Below, piece by piece: positions 28,830 through 38,960 of a stretch of 64,000 nucleotides of DNA. A program made the position numbers and the translations under genes. The stretch is from a virus. Every line of letters begins with the position of its first letter. The first letter of the stretch is position 1. The stretch is from the UHGV virus genome UHGV-1455077; one strand, 5' to 3'. The notes under the pieces were generated by a model. The model was not told the origin of the DNA. It saw only the letters and a list, made by a program, of their open reading frames with translations, and searched no databases.

Positions 28830-30143
28830 ATGGTTTATTATAGATATGAAAATATTGGATATTGTCAAATAGATAAAAATGTCAGTTGTGACCAAATAGC
28901 TTCAACTAAAAAGCAAGCTATTAACTCAACTCGTAAAAAACCGAGTACCAAAACAACACCAACTCCATTAATACCAGTACAGCCAACAAAACCTCGTTAT
29001 ACTGGAGCAAATCATAGTCATTATGAAAGTTCAGTTACAGATAAACGAGTATATTTAAATGTATCTCCATTAGCAAAAAATAATGAAGAATATATTGATA
29101 GAATTAGATATGTTTTAGGAAGTGAAACTAGAACTTATAATGGTTCAAATATTTATGGCTTTTTATATAAATGTCTAAAGCCAACTGTTGGTATTGTATT
29201 TCCATATACGCCAAGAATATCAATTAATCACCAAGTTAATTATGAACGAACAGAAATTATTCATTCAAATTTAGCGGTGAGCCATTATAAAAATACTCCA
29301 CCACCAACTTATAGCATTGATGCTGTTTTTACTGCTGATTCAAAAGAAATGGCAAGACATATGTTATCTGCTATTTGGTTTCTTCGTGCAGTAACAAAAT
29401 GTGATTTTGGCGAAACAGCAAATAATCGTGGAGATAATAGTGTTGCTGGTATGCCACCACCAATTTTATATTTAAACGGTTGGAATAATTTATTAGATAA
29501 TATACCAGTTGTTGTTAAATCTTTTAGTTATACATTACCTGATGACCAAGATTATGTTGGATTAGGATTAAATTTAAATTTATCAACATTTGAGAGTATT
29601 AATCAATTATATACTGATTCAGTAACGGGAGAATTTTATGATACTGGATATGGTGATAAAATTAATATGAATAATACATCTGAAACAAGATATATTAATG
29701 GTATTCCTGTTAATACTTCAAAAATTATAACTCAACCAACCGCAACAGGTGTTAATAAAAATGATAGATTCTATTTAAAGAATTGGTTACCAGTTGAATT
29801 ACAAATGCATATTGAATTAGAAGTTCAACCAAATTTACAAAAATACAAAAAACGTTTTGATTTAGATTATTATAAAATGGGCGTTATGTATTTAGATAAT
29901 TATAAAGGCGGAACAACTATTTTAGTTCCCGATTCTGTTTTAAATTGTGTACAAAAAGTTGCATATAATGATGATGGAACAAGAAATGATGAATTAACAC
30001 AGAATTTAAAAAATATGTCAGTAAGTTCAATTCAAAAAGACGTTGAAAGTAATTCAAATGTATATGCAGATGATTCCGTTTCAGCAGGATTTGCAATGAC
30101 ACCCCGAAAATATAGTTTTGATAGAGCTGGTTGGACTTGGTAA
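28830..30143 (+). CDS. hypothetical protein, probable virion/baseplate structural protein (by context)
   Basis: First gene of a tightly coupled block ending in the gp5-like spike; late-promoter-like box upstream. Confidence 0.35.
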   Translation: MVYYRYENIGYCQIDKNVSCDQIASTKKQAINSTRKKPSTKTTPTPLIPVQPTKPRYTGANHSHYESSVTDKRVYLNVSPLAKNNEEYIDRIRYVLGSETRTYNGSNIYGFLYKCLKPTVGIVFPYTPRISINHQVNYERTEIIHSNLAVSHYKNTPPPTYSIDAVFTADSKEMARHMLSAIWFLRAVTKCDFGETANNRGDNSVAGMPPPILYLNGWNNLLDNIPVVVKSFSYTLPDDQDYVGLGLNLNLSTFESINQLYTDSVTGEFYDTGYGDKINMNNTSETRYINGIPVNTSKIITQPTATGVNKNDRFYLKNWLPVELQMHIELEVQPNLQKYKKRFDLDYYKMGVMYLDNYKGGTTILVPDSVLNCVQKVAYNDDGTRNDELTQNLKNMSVSSIQKDVESNSNVYADDSVSAGFAMTPRKYSFDRAGWTW

Positions 30144-30152
30144 GGATAAAAA

Positions 30153-30446
30153 ATGGTAGAATTTAGTGATTATAGTTTATATACAAATACACCTGTTAAT
30201 CAATTTTATCGTGGTTATTATCAACCTATTGATATTCCACAAGATTCAAGTGATATGTTTATGTTAATTCCAAGTGATTATCAATATAAACCAGGTGGTT
30301 TAGCATATTTATTATATGGTTCAGCCAGATTAAGTTGGATATTCTCATATTTTAATAGAGAAAAGATTTCAGACCCAATATTTGATTTTAAAGAAGGTTT
30401 AATTATTCGTTGTCCAACAAAAGAAAGATTAATGACCTATTTTTAA
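30153..30446 (+). CDS. hypothetical small structural-module protein
   Basis: ORF coupled within the structural block. Confidence 0.35.
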   Translation: MVEFSDYSLYTNTPVNQFYRGYYQPIDIPQDSSDMFMLIPSDYQYKPGGLAYLLYGSARLSWIFSYFNREKISDPIFDFKEGLIIRCPTKERLMTYF

Positions 30447-30459
30447 AGGATAAAAATTT

Positions 30460-32610
30460 ATGGCTTTTTATGATGAGCAAGTTGATAAAGAATTAAAAAA
30501 ATGGAATTACCAACCTAATTTGTTACAATTTTATGATAATGTAACTTATAATATTCGTTGGTATATGGTACCTCACGATATTCAAGATTATATTATTGAA
30601 CAAAATAAAACAGGTTCTAATTCGGTTTATGTTCCTGATAGCTCTAAAATTATTATAATGGAAACAGGAGTAAGTTCAAACTATTCTTTAGATAGTTTTA
30701 CAATGAAAAATGCATTTGGTGTTGTTGGCTCTGATAATTCAATTAATATTAATATGAATATGACAGTTAAAGAAATTAACGGTTGTTCATTATTTAATAA
30801 AATTACAGCAATTTCTAAATTATTAGGATATGAAAATCCTATGCAAATTCCATTTTTTATTGATATTTGGTTTACTGGTTATGAACCACCAAAAAATAAT
30901 CCTATTAATCCTATTGGTGGATTAATTACTTATAGTACAATTGTAACAAGTTGTGAATCAGATGTCGTGGATTCAGGAACAACTTGGCAAATAAAAATGG
31001 TTGGAACATCAATGGGTATTGTTTCAAAAGATATAAGTTTGTTAAATAATATTGCACCAATAAAAGCAGTAACTGTTGAAGATTTTAAAAAGAATTTAGA
31101 AGAACAAATTAATTTACAATATTTTAATTTACATCCAGAATTAAAAAAATTTTTTCCTTCTGGCGATTTTGTAACTATTAATTTATATTCATCAGAAGAA
31201 TTTTTAGAAGATACTACTCAATATCAAGATAATCAATCAACAATTAATAATGAAAAGGATTTAACTTCAACATACGGATATGAGTGGACATATAAAAATA
31301 CAAAAAATGGGCAGTTATCAAATAATGGAACTTTATATTCAATGACTGAAAATGGAAAATATATTCCTATTGGTTCAGCATTACCAAAATCTACATCTCA
31401 AAAAAGTAAACAATATACTCCTTTTAATAATTTTAAAGATTGTATTTTTGATAAAGTTGGAGAAAATATTGATACTGCGAATAAAGGACAAATAGTTTAT
31501 AAAGTTAATAATAATGATTTATTAGAAAATGTTTTTCAAGAAGTATGTCATCTTTCACCGCAATTAAGAGATAGAATTGCAAAAGTTATTTTTAATGCAA
31601 CACCATTAATTAATCGTGAAGGTCGTGAAGTTTATAAATTAACGATGAATGTATTTTTTAAAAAAAATTATTTTTTAAAATGGTTTATTGAAACAAGTAA
31701 GCAATTTGCATATGAAAATAATCCAAATGATACATCATCTATGGCAATTGATGCATATAATAAAACAATTCAACAAATGCAACTTGATTCATTAAATGAT
31801 ATGAAAATAACTAATGGATTAAAAAAGAGATATAAGTATTTGTTTAATGGAGAAGATACAAGTGTATTAGAATTAAATACAAAAATTGATAAATTATGGT
31901 ATTTAAATTCATCACAAAATTATTTAGCTGATACTGTTGCTAATACACCAAACATAACTACTTCTCTTGAAAATGCCAAACGAGTTCAAGATTTAATTGA
32001 TATTAAAAAGAATGAAAATGAAAAATTATCTAATCAAGAAGCATTTAAAAAAGTTCTTGATGAATATTCATCTTACCAAAATTTAAGAAATGTTAGATAT
32101 TTGGCTTCAGATAAAAGATTATATATGGATGATATATATCATTGCTTGAGTAATAAAGAAAAGATGAAGTTATTAGGTACACGAAACATTACTGTAATGA
32201 ATGACCCATTTGGTACAGCTACAACAGCTTCAAAAACAGGTTCAATTGATTATAACTGTGCAAAAGCAGGTTTTGCAAATTTATATAATACAGGAAATTT
32301 AATTCAACTTAAAATTAAAATTTTAGGAGACCCATATTGGTTAGATTTATTTTCTGAAAAAAACATTAATGGTGATATTAAAACAATGATGAATTTGTCA
32401 AATGCTAAATATTTTGTATTTGATATGAAAACAGCCGTTGAACAAAATTCTAATGGAAATGGTTTATATGATTTAGAAAATGCTGTTGATATTTCTGGAA
32501 TATATCAAGTTTTATATGTAACAAGTTATTTTGAAAATGGTAAATTTACTCAAACTATTGAAGGTGCAATACACGCATCATTTATGCATAGTAATTTTAT
32601 GAAGGTTTAA
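30460..32610 (+). CDS. hypothetical large structural (baseplate-associated?) protein
   Basis: 716-aa ORF immediately upstream of the spike gene. Confidence 0.35.
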   Translation: MAFYDEQVDKELKKWNYQPNLLQFYDNVTYNIRWYMVPHDIQDYIIEQNKTGSNSVYVPDSSKIIIMETGVSSNYSLDSFTMKNAFGVVGSDNSININMNMTVKEINGCSLFNKITAISKLLGYENPMQIPFFIDIWFTGYEPPKNNPINPIGGLITYSTIVTSCESDVVDSGTTWQIKMVGTSMGIVSKDISLLNNIAPIKAVTVEDFKKNLEEQINLQYFNLHPELKKFFPSGDFVTINLYSSEEFLEDTTQYQDNQSTINNEKDLTSTYGYEWTYKNTKNGQLSNNGTLYSMTENGKYIPIGSALPKSTSQKSKQYTPFNNFKDCIFDKVGENIDTANKGQIVYKVNNNDLLENVFQEVCHLSPQLRDRIAKVIFNATPLINREGREVYKLTMNVFFKKNYFLKWFIETSKQFAYENNPNDTSSMAIDAYNKTIQQMQLDSLNDMKITNGLKKRYKYLFNGEDTSVLELNTKIDKLWYLNSSQNYLADTVANTPNITTSLENAKRVQDLIDIKKNENEKLSNQEAFKKVLDEYSSYQNLRNVRYLASDKRLYMDDIYHCLSNKEKMKLLGTRNITVMNDPFGTATTASKTGSIDYNCAKAGFANLYNTGNLIQLKIKILGDPYWLDLFSEKNINGDIKTMMNLSNAKYFVFDMKTAVEQNSNGNGLYDLENAVDISGIYQVLYVTSYFENGKFTQTIEGAIHASFMHSNFMKV

Positions 32611-32612
32611 TA

Positions 32613-34577
32613 ATGGCAAGATTAGATACTCATTTAACACAATCTGAAAAACAATCTCGTGATAGAACTTTTGATAAAAGTCGTATTTATATGGCAGAAG
32701 TTATGGATACACGTTCTATTTTACGAGGTGGAGAAATTAAAGTATGGATTTTAAGTTCTAATAATGATAAAACAAATCCAACAAATTGGATTACAGCATA
32801 TTATGCTTCTCCTTCATATGGAACAACGCCTGTTAGACCAAATCAAACAAATATTGATGCTCCAGTTAGTTTTGGTTGGTGGAATCCAATGCCATATGTT
32901 GGTAACTATGTTTTTATTTTTTATGCTTGTATTTCTGGTGAAAACTCAAATCCTTATTGGTTTTCTTGTCCAGTTAATCCTAATATGAATTTTATGTTAC
33001 CAGGTATTCCAGGTGCATACACTTCTGATAATCACGATGCATTATGTGAAGTAAATATGAAATCAACCAATCCTGATGTTAATTCAGATGTTTTAGCATA
33101 TAGAAAAGAACAATATCAAGCACCTTATAAACCAATAATTGATGCGTTAAAAAGACAAGGATTAGATAAAGATAAATTAAGAGGTATCTCAACAGCAGGT
33201 TCAAAACGTGAATCTCCAAGTATGTGTTCTGGATATACATCTCCAACAGGACATTCATTTGTTATTGATGATGGCTGGCTGGAAACAGATAATAAAACAA
33301 ATTGGCTTACTGAAACAACTGACCCAAATATTTTGGGATTAAAAGGAGATAATGGTAAAGACCCATCTCATATTGAAAATTCTTATAGATATGATTCTGG
33401 ATTTCGTTTTAGAACAAGAAATGGAACTCAAATATTAATATTAGACAATGGTAATATCTATATGATTAATAGAGATGGAACTGCTTGGGTAGAATTATCA
33501 GATGATGGTTATATTGATTGTTATTCTAAACGAGGAATTTCAGCTAATACAGATGGAGATATAAATTTTCATTCTGGTGGAAGAATAAAAATGGAAGCTA
33601 AACAAGGTTTTACTTTTAAAACAGATGGTGATATATCAGTAGAATCTGCGGGTAATATAAATGTATCTGCTCCACGCATTGATACCGATAGTATTATTAC
33701 TGCTCCTGAAATAGATACAAATATTGGTAATATTGAATCATTTATATCTGCATCTGCACAAATTAATGGTACATTTTCTGGTACATTACAAGGTATTGCT
33801 GAATATGCAACTAATGCTGGTATAACTCCTGCACCACAACCTATACCTTTAACACCTTCACCAGAAGTTCCTTACCCTGTTATTGAGCAACCACAAGAAC
33901 AAGTTGGAAAAATTGGTGAAACAATTAGTACAATTGTTTCAAGAATACCTACTGCTGAACCTTATGGTGGACACGATAGAAATAATACAATACCTGAATT
34001 AGATACTTCATTTAAAGTACCGACAACAGAATATTATACATCTACACCAACTATTATTTCAAATCAAATTGAAACAACACCATTACCAACTGTATCAACA
34101 GAAAATTCACCAATTCCATCATTGCAATTATCTGAACATTTTACATTGCAAGATTTATGTTACTCATCAACTGCATCTAAATTAGGTATAAATAATACAC
34201 CACCAAGTGATATTATTGAAAAATTAAGATATTTAGCAATTAATGGTTTAGAGCCTATTTATAAACAATTTGGTAAATTAACAATTAATAGTGGATATAG
34301 AGGAACAGCTCTAAATGTTGCTGTTGGTGGAGCAAGTACAAGTCAGCATTGTAAAGGTGAAGCGGCAGATATTGAGGTTTTAGGTGTAAATAATTATGAT
34401 TTAGCTGTTTGGATTAGAGATAATTTAGAATTTGACCAGTTAATTCTTGAATTTGCAACTAATTTATCTTCTGACCCAAATAGTGGCTGGGTTCATTTAA
34501 GTTTGAAATCAGCAAATAATAGACATCAATTATTAACAATTGATAGTTCTGGAACAAAATCAGGATTATTAAAATAA
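32613..34577 (+). CDS. baseplate central spike/hub protein (T4 gp5-like N-terminal OB domain) with a C-terminal M15 (VanY/Peptidase_M15_3-like) peptidoglycan peptidase
   Basis: N-terminus AEVMDTRSILRGGEIKVWI resembles gp5 VVEDVMDPEKRGRIKVRV. Mid-region beta-helix-like repeats (DGDINFHSGGRIKMEAKQGFTFKTDGDISVESAGNINVSAP). C-terminus LQDLCYS ... SGYRGTALN ... SQHCKGEAADIEV matches the zinc D,D-peptidase fold. Confidence 0.6.
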   Translation: MARLDTHLTQSEKQSRDRTFDKSRIYMAEVMDTRSILRGGEIKVWILSSNNDKTNPTNWITAYYASPSYGTTPVRPNQTNIDAPVSFGWWNPMPYVGNYVFIFYACISGENSNPYWFSCPVNPNMNFMLPGIPGAYTSDNHDALCEVNMKSTNPDVNSDVLAYRKEQYQAPYKPIIDALKRQGLDKDKLRGISTAGSKRESPSMCSGYTSPTGHSFVIDDGWLETDNKTNWLTETTDPNILGLKGDNGKDPSHIENSYRYDSGFRFRTRNGTQILILDNGNIYMINRDGTAWVELSDDGYIDCYSKRGISANTDGDINFHSGGRIKMEAKQGFTFKTDGDISVESAGNINVSAPRIDTDSIITAPEIDTNIGNIESFISASAQINGTFSGTLQGIAEYATNAGITPAPQPIPLTPSPEVPYPVIEQPQEQVGKIGETISTIVSRIPTAEPYGGHDRNNTIPELDTSFKVPTTEYYTSTPTIISNQIETTPLPTVSTENSPIPSLQLSEHFTLQDLCYSSTASKLGINNTPPSDIIEKLRYLAINGLEPIYKQFGKLTINSGYRGTALNVAVGGASTSQHCKGEAADIEVLGVNNYDLAVWIRDNLEFDQLILEFATNLSSDPNSGWVHLSLKSANNRHQLLTIDSSGTKSGLLK

Positions 34578-34587
34578 GGATTTAAAA

Positions 34588-35526
34588 ATGGCAAATGGAG
34601 ATGATTCATTAATTTTTGAAGAAGGAAATGAAAAAGATACTGATACATTTAGTGATATTCAACTAATTGATAAGTCGGTATATGATAATTTTGATGATTC
34701 TGAAAAGCCAAATTGGGTAAGATATTCACCTTCATTGCAAAGTCAAGCCTATGCTCAATGGATTGCGGCTCAAAATCAAATGATAAAATTATTTGGAGAA
34801 TTAGGGCCAGTATTTGATAAATTAATGCCATTTACAAAAGGTGGAATGACACTTCAACCAATCCCTTTAACTTCTTTAATTAATTCTATAAAAACGGTAA
34901 CATCAGTTGCAGAAACAATGGGAGACGTTGTTAATACAATTGCAAGTACAGCAATTGTAAATATTGTTGCTGAACCATTAAAAAATTTATTTGGCTTAAT
35001 TGGAGCATTGGGTGGACTAATTTATGCATTATATATGAATCCTTATCAATTTATTGAACCTTATACATCCGCTATTAAAGCAGTTGATTTAACAAATTTA
35101 AAAGAACAATTTAATGCTGAAACAACTCCTAATTTAGATTTATATACAACTAAAGTTGAAGAAATTCCAATTCCAGACCCAGATATTAAAGGAGAAATTG
35201 AAACTGCTAAAAATCAAATAAAAAATTTAAAGCCAACTGCTGAAGATATGCTTGCAACTGCTGATGCATTAAATGAAACAGCAAAAACGTTAGAAGGAAT
35301 TCCTGAAACTTTACAAGCTGTATCTACAATGGGTTGTTCTTGGGCATTTAATGCCGCATTAGATGAATTTAATATTAAATTTGACCAAACAAAATTGCCA
35401 AATGTTGACCCTAATAATCAAGCTAAACAATGGGCGGAAAACGTTAATAATTTAGTTAACAAATTACCAGTTAAATATATTAAAGTTTCAGATTTAGAAA
35501 AATTAAAACAACTTGACAAATCTTAA
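34588..35526 (+). CDS. hypothetical protein (structural module)
   Basis: ORF coupled to the spike gene. Confidence 0.35.
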   Translation: MANGDDSLIFEEGNEKDTDTFSDIQLIDKSVYDNFDDSEKPNWVRYSPSLQSQAYAQWIAAQNQMIKLFGELGPVFDKLMPFTKGGMTLQPIPLTSLINSIKTVTSVAETMGDVVNTIASTAIVNIVAEPLKNLFGLIGALGGLIYALYMNPYQFIEPYTSAIKAVDLTNLKEQFNAETTPNLDLYTTKVEEIPIPDPDIKGEIETAKNQIKNLKPTAEDMLATADALNETAKTLEGIPETLQAVSTMGCSWAFNAALDEFNIKFDQTKLPNVDPNNQAKQWAENVNNLVNKLPVKYIKVSDLEKLKQLDKS

Positions 35527-35541
35527 AATATATTATAATAT
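35513..35541 (+). promoter_or_regulatory. sigma70-like promoter TTGACA-N17-TAATAT
   Basis: TTGACA 35513-35518, upstream of ORF 35569. Confidence 0.4.
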
Positions 35542-35568
35542 AAGCATAAATGTTTATAGAGTAATGCA

Positions 35569-36009
35569 ATGGTAAAAGAATACAAAAATAATATTTTTGA
35601 TGTAATTAAACAAATTGATAAAAAGAATTATCAATATTTTGATTCTTTAAATGAAGAACAAAAAAAAGAAATTCAACCATACACATTAGCAAGATGGATG
35701 TCAACAGTTGCTGATGAGTATGACCATAAGAAATATAATATGGATATTAATAATAATGTGAATATGTATTTCTGGAATTTATCAAAATATAAAGATTTAC
35801 AATTTAAATTATTATGTACTTGTGGTCAAACAGGTTTTAATAAACATCAATGGATTCCTATTTCTAAATCATCAACAGATAAAATTTTAAATTCAATTAA
35901 AGATTATTTTTTTGGATTAACTGAAAAAGAAATTCAAATGAAATATGGAAGAATGACAAAAGAAGAAATTAAAAATATTCAAAATTTTTTAGGTTCAACT
36001 ATAAAATAA
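35569..36009 (+). CDS. hypothetical protein
   Basis: ORF. Confidence 0.4.
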   Translation: MVKEYKNNIFDVIKQIDKKNYQYFDSLNEEQKKEIQPYTLARWMSTVADEYDHKKYNMDINNNVNMYFWNLSKYKDLQFKLLCTCGQTGFNKHQWIPISKSSTDKILNSIKDYFFGLTEKEIQMKYGRMTKEEIKNIQNFLGSTIK

Positions 36010-36038
36010 ATACTTATATATAATACAAAGGACTTATT

Positions 36039-36539
36039 ATGGAAATATTCACCGATGGTAGTCACTCTTTAAAACCAAGGATGAGTGGAGTCGGTGCGGT
36101 TATTTTGAATAATGGTCACGAGCATCAAATAGGTGCATATACTGATAAATGTGTGGATAATAATGTGGCAGAAGTTGTAGCAATAGCTTTTGCCATTAAA
36201 TATATTAAAGACCATAAAATTATTGATAATTCAAAAGATAAAAATTTAATAATTTATTCTGATTCTGCCAATGCTTTAAGAAAAATTCGTCAATTATCAC
36301 CAGGTAAAGATGAATTTGAACAAACTGCGTTAGATTTTATTCAAGATTTTTTACAAACAACATCAAAAAAAGTTACATTTTTTCAAATTAAAGGTCACGT
36401 TCACGATGGAACAAAATTATCTCACTATAATAATATAGCTGATAGTTTAGCATCTGATTATCGTTATCTTGGTTTAGTTAAATTACAAAATAGATTATAT
36501 AATCAATCTTTAAAACATAAAAAATCTAAATATAGATAA
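36039..36539 (+). CDS. rnhA: ribonuclease HI
   Basis: RNase H fold motifs FTDGS, AEVVAI, IYSDS, H..NN.ADSLA. Confidence 0.7.
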   Translation: MEIFTDGSHSLKPRMSGVGAVILNNGHEHQIGAYTDKCVDNNVAEVVAIAFAIKYIKDHKIIDNSKDKNLIIYSDSANALRKIRQLSPGKDEFEQTALDFIQDFLQTTSKKVTFFQIKGHVHDGTKLSHYNNIADSLASDYRYLGLVKLQNRLYNQSLKHKKSKYR

Positions 36540-36545
36540 AAACTA

Positions 36546-36573
36546 TTGACATTTATTTTTATTCTGTTATATT
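36546..36573 (+). promoter_or_regulatory. sigma70-like promoter TTGACA-N16-TATATT
   Basis: TTGACA 36546-36551, TATATT 36568-36573, upstream of ORF 36604. Confidence 0.45.
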
Positions 36574-36603
36574 GTTGCTAACATATATCATAAGGAAAAA
36601 TAA

Positions 36604-37092
36604 ATGTTAAAAATGATTTTATATATTTTAATGAGAAATGATTTGCCATCAATGAATGTTGGTAAAGCAATAGCACAGGCATCCCACGCTTCTGCACAAT
36701 TTGTAGAAAATTGTTCTAATAATTCAAATAAAGCATTTGATATTTGGAAAAATGAAGGTATTGGGTTTGGAACAACTATTGTATTAGAAGGTTCAAAAGA
36801 TTCAATTGATAAACTTATTGATAATGTTAAAACTAAACATTATTGTTTTTATAATGGAGTAATTGTAGATTTTACATATCCATTTAAAGCACAGAAAGAG
36901 TTACTTGATATTGCATCTTTTGAAGCAAAGTATAATATTCAAATTGTTGATGATACAATTGATAAATTTGGTATGGTTTCTTGTACAAGAAACGAACATA
37001 CTTGTTCATATATATTCTTGTCAATAACAGATGAAGAACAAGAAGAATTTAAAAAATTGTGTGAAGAATATAATATATATCTTCATAGATAA
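36604..37092 (+). CDS. Pth2-family peptidyl-tRNA hydrolase-like protein
   Basis: MILYILMRNDLPSMNVGKAIAQASHAS parallels the Pth2 segment [24 protein letters not shown]. Confidence 0.45.
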   Translation: MLKMILYILMRNDLPSMNVGKAIAQASHASAQFVENCSNNSNKAFDIWKNEGIGFGTTIVLEGSKDSIDKLIDNVKTKHYCFYNGVIVDFTYPFKAQKELLDIASFEAKYNIQIVDDTIDKFGMVSCTRNEHTCSYIFLSITDEEQEEFKKLCEEYNIYLHR

Positions 37093-37106
37093 GAGGAGAA
37101 ATAAAA

Positions 37107-37544
37107 ATGTCCAATATAACAATTGAAGATTTTAAAATTTTTAATTATTTATATGAAAAATTTGATAAAAAAATTGATTTGCTTTGGGAAATATTTTATC
37201 ATCCACATATTGATGAAGATGGTGAAGAAAAAGATGATGAATTTGAATATTGGTATCCAGTTTGTAATATTAATAAACATATTAATTCAGATGGAACTTT
37301 AACAGATACAATTGAAATTACAGGAAGTGCTGAAGATGGTTGGCACGATACTTATTATCACTCTATCTATTTGCCTTCGGAGTACATATTTAAAAATGAG
37401 CAAGAATTAAGAGATATTCGTCAAAAACAAATTGAAGAATATAATAAAAGAAAAGAAAAAGAAGAACAAAAATTAGAAAAAGAACAATTAACTAAAGAGT
37501 ATGAAGAATATATCAAGTTAAAAAATAAATTTGAAAAGGAATAG
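37107..37544 (+). CDS. hypothetical protein with charged coiled-coil C-terminus
   Basis: ORF with RBS AAGAGGAGAAATAAAAATG. Confidence 0.4.
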   Translation: MSNITIEDFKIFNYLYEKFDKKIDLLWEIFYHPHIDEDGEEKDDEFEYWYPVCNINKHINSDGTLTDTIEITGSAEDGWHDTYYHSIYLPSEYIFKNEQELRDIRQKQIEEYNKRKEKEEQKLEKEQLTKEYEEYIKLKNKFEKE

Positions 37545-37863
37545 TATGAAAAATATAGCTGATTTAAGAGAAATATATAATAATCATACTGATTTAAATC
37601 ATAAAGTGGAACAAATTTATGAGATATTTAAAAATTGTTCTCATTTTTATGTAGGAATAAGTCAGCCTATTAAAACAGAAAAGCATACATTTGCATTTTT
37701 TGAAATTGCACCAATTGCACCTTTGTTACATATATGGGTTAATTATATAGATGATAAAGGTGAATTAAATTGTTCACCTTTATTAAGAGTGCCATTGGAT
37801 TTTTTATTAAAAAGTAAAGAAGATTTATTAAAAATTAAGGAAGAAAATGAAAGACAAATATGA
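37531..37863 (+). CDS. hypothetical protein
   Basis: ORF, coupled. Confidence 0.35.
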   Translation: MKRNSMKNIADLREIYNNHTDLNHKVEQIYEIFKNCSHFYVGISQPIKTEKHTFAFFEIAPIAPLLHIWVNYIDDKGELNCSPLLRVPLDFLLKSKEDLLKIKEENERQI

Positions 37864-38035
37864 ATATGAAGAAGTTGAAGAATTTCAAGATGAAATTTTA
37901 AAAAAGCAAAAAGGAGAGTTTGATTTAAAACAAGAAAGACTTAATGCAATTTATAAAAATAAGGAGCAATATAAAAGTTTAAAAATTGCTGAAAGATTAA
38001 GACAGGAAGTATTAAGAGAGAAATCAAGAAAATGA
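37847..38035 (+). CDS. hypothetical small charged protein
   Basis: ORF, coupled. Confidence 0.3.
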   Translation: MKDKYEYEEVEEFQDEILKKQKGEFDLKQERLNAIYKNKEQYKSLKIAERLRQEVLREKSRK

Positions 38036-38241
38036 CGAGATATGATGAAAATAAAAAAATAGTTTCAAAAATTTCTGAATTTATTGAACGATGTCCAGAT
38101 ATGAGGTTTATTCAACTTTTATGGGCATTAGGAATTGTAAATTCAGAAGATAGATTTTATGAAGAATCTGAAACAACGTACAAAATTGTGGAAAAATATT
38201 GTAATAAAGTAATTGGAATTGATGAAGATGCAAATATATAA
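38032..38241 (+). CDS. hypothetical small protein
   Basis: ORF, coupled. Confidence 0.3.
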   Translation: MTRYDENKKIVSKISEFIERCPDMRFIQLLWALGIVNSEDRFYEESETTYKIVEKYCNKVIGIDEDANI

Positions 38242-38521
38242 ATGTATGAAAAATCGTTACATTGATAAACACGGAAGTATCAGGGAATATGTTAGTTTTA
38301 TTCATCAAAAGAAAATGTCAACAAATGAGAAAGAAGATTGCTTTTTTAATGTTAATGATTTAATTGAAAAAACAAATGGTGGGCAATATATTCAATTACC
38401 TGAAAATCAAAAACAATATCAATATTATAAATTGGTATATGATTTGATTAAAGTTTCGGAAGATGGGTTAACAGTATATGAAGTACCAATTAATTTACGT
38501 TTAGAGGAATATAGTGAATAA
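38213..38521 (+). CDS. hypothetical protein
   Basis: ORF, coupled. Confidence 0.35.
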   Translation: MELMKMQIYKCMKNRYIDKHGSIREYVSFIHQKKMSTNEKEDCFFNVNDLIEKTNGGQYIQLPENQKQYQYYKLVYDLIKVSEDGLTVYEVPINLRLEEYSE

Positions 38522-38960
38522 TAGATTTAAATATAGATTATGGGATGAACTTGAACAGAAATTTAATTATTATGATTTATTAAATTCTGAAAGTGTATTC
38601 AATTTTGGATATGATATTGAAGAAGATATGATTAATTATAATGGAAGAGTTTCTCTTAAAGATACTGATAAAAGCTTTGTTCGTTTAGAACAAGGTTGTT
38701 CACTTATTGATGAGGATAATAAAAATCTTTATGAAGGCGATATTGTAAGTGTAACAAGATATATCAATGAATGGTCGGATGAAAAAACAGAATATATTGG
38801 TATTATTAAATATTTTTCTGATTTTAATTCATTAGGAATTGAAACTATTGATAAACAATTTAATACAGCATTTGCCATTGATAAATTAATAACAAATATT
38901 AAATTACTGGGAGATATTCATCAAAATAAAGATATTTTAAAGGATTATAATTATGAGTAA
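38514..38960 (+). CDS. YopX-like phage protein (tentative)
   Basis: C-terminal IKLLGDIHQNKDIL resembles the YopX family ending (v)iGNIyENpeLL. Confidence 0.3.
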   Translation: MNNRFKYRLWDELEQKFNYYDLLNSESVFNFGYDIEEDMINYNGRVSLKDTDKSFVRLEQGCSLIDEDNKNLYEGDIVSVTRYINEWSDEKTEYIGIIKYFSDFNSLGIETIDKQFNTAFAIDKLITNIKLLGDIHQNKDILKDYNYE

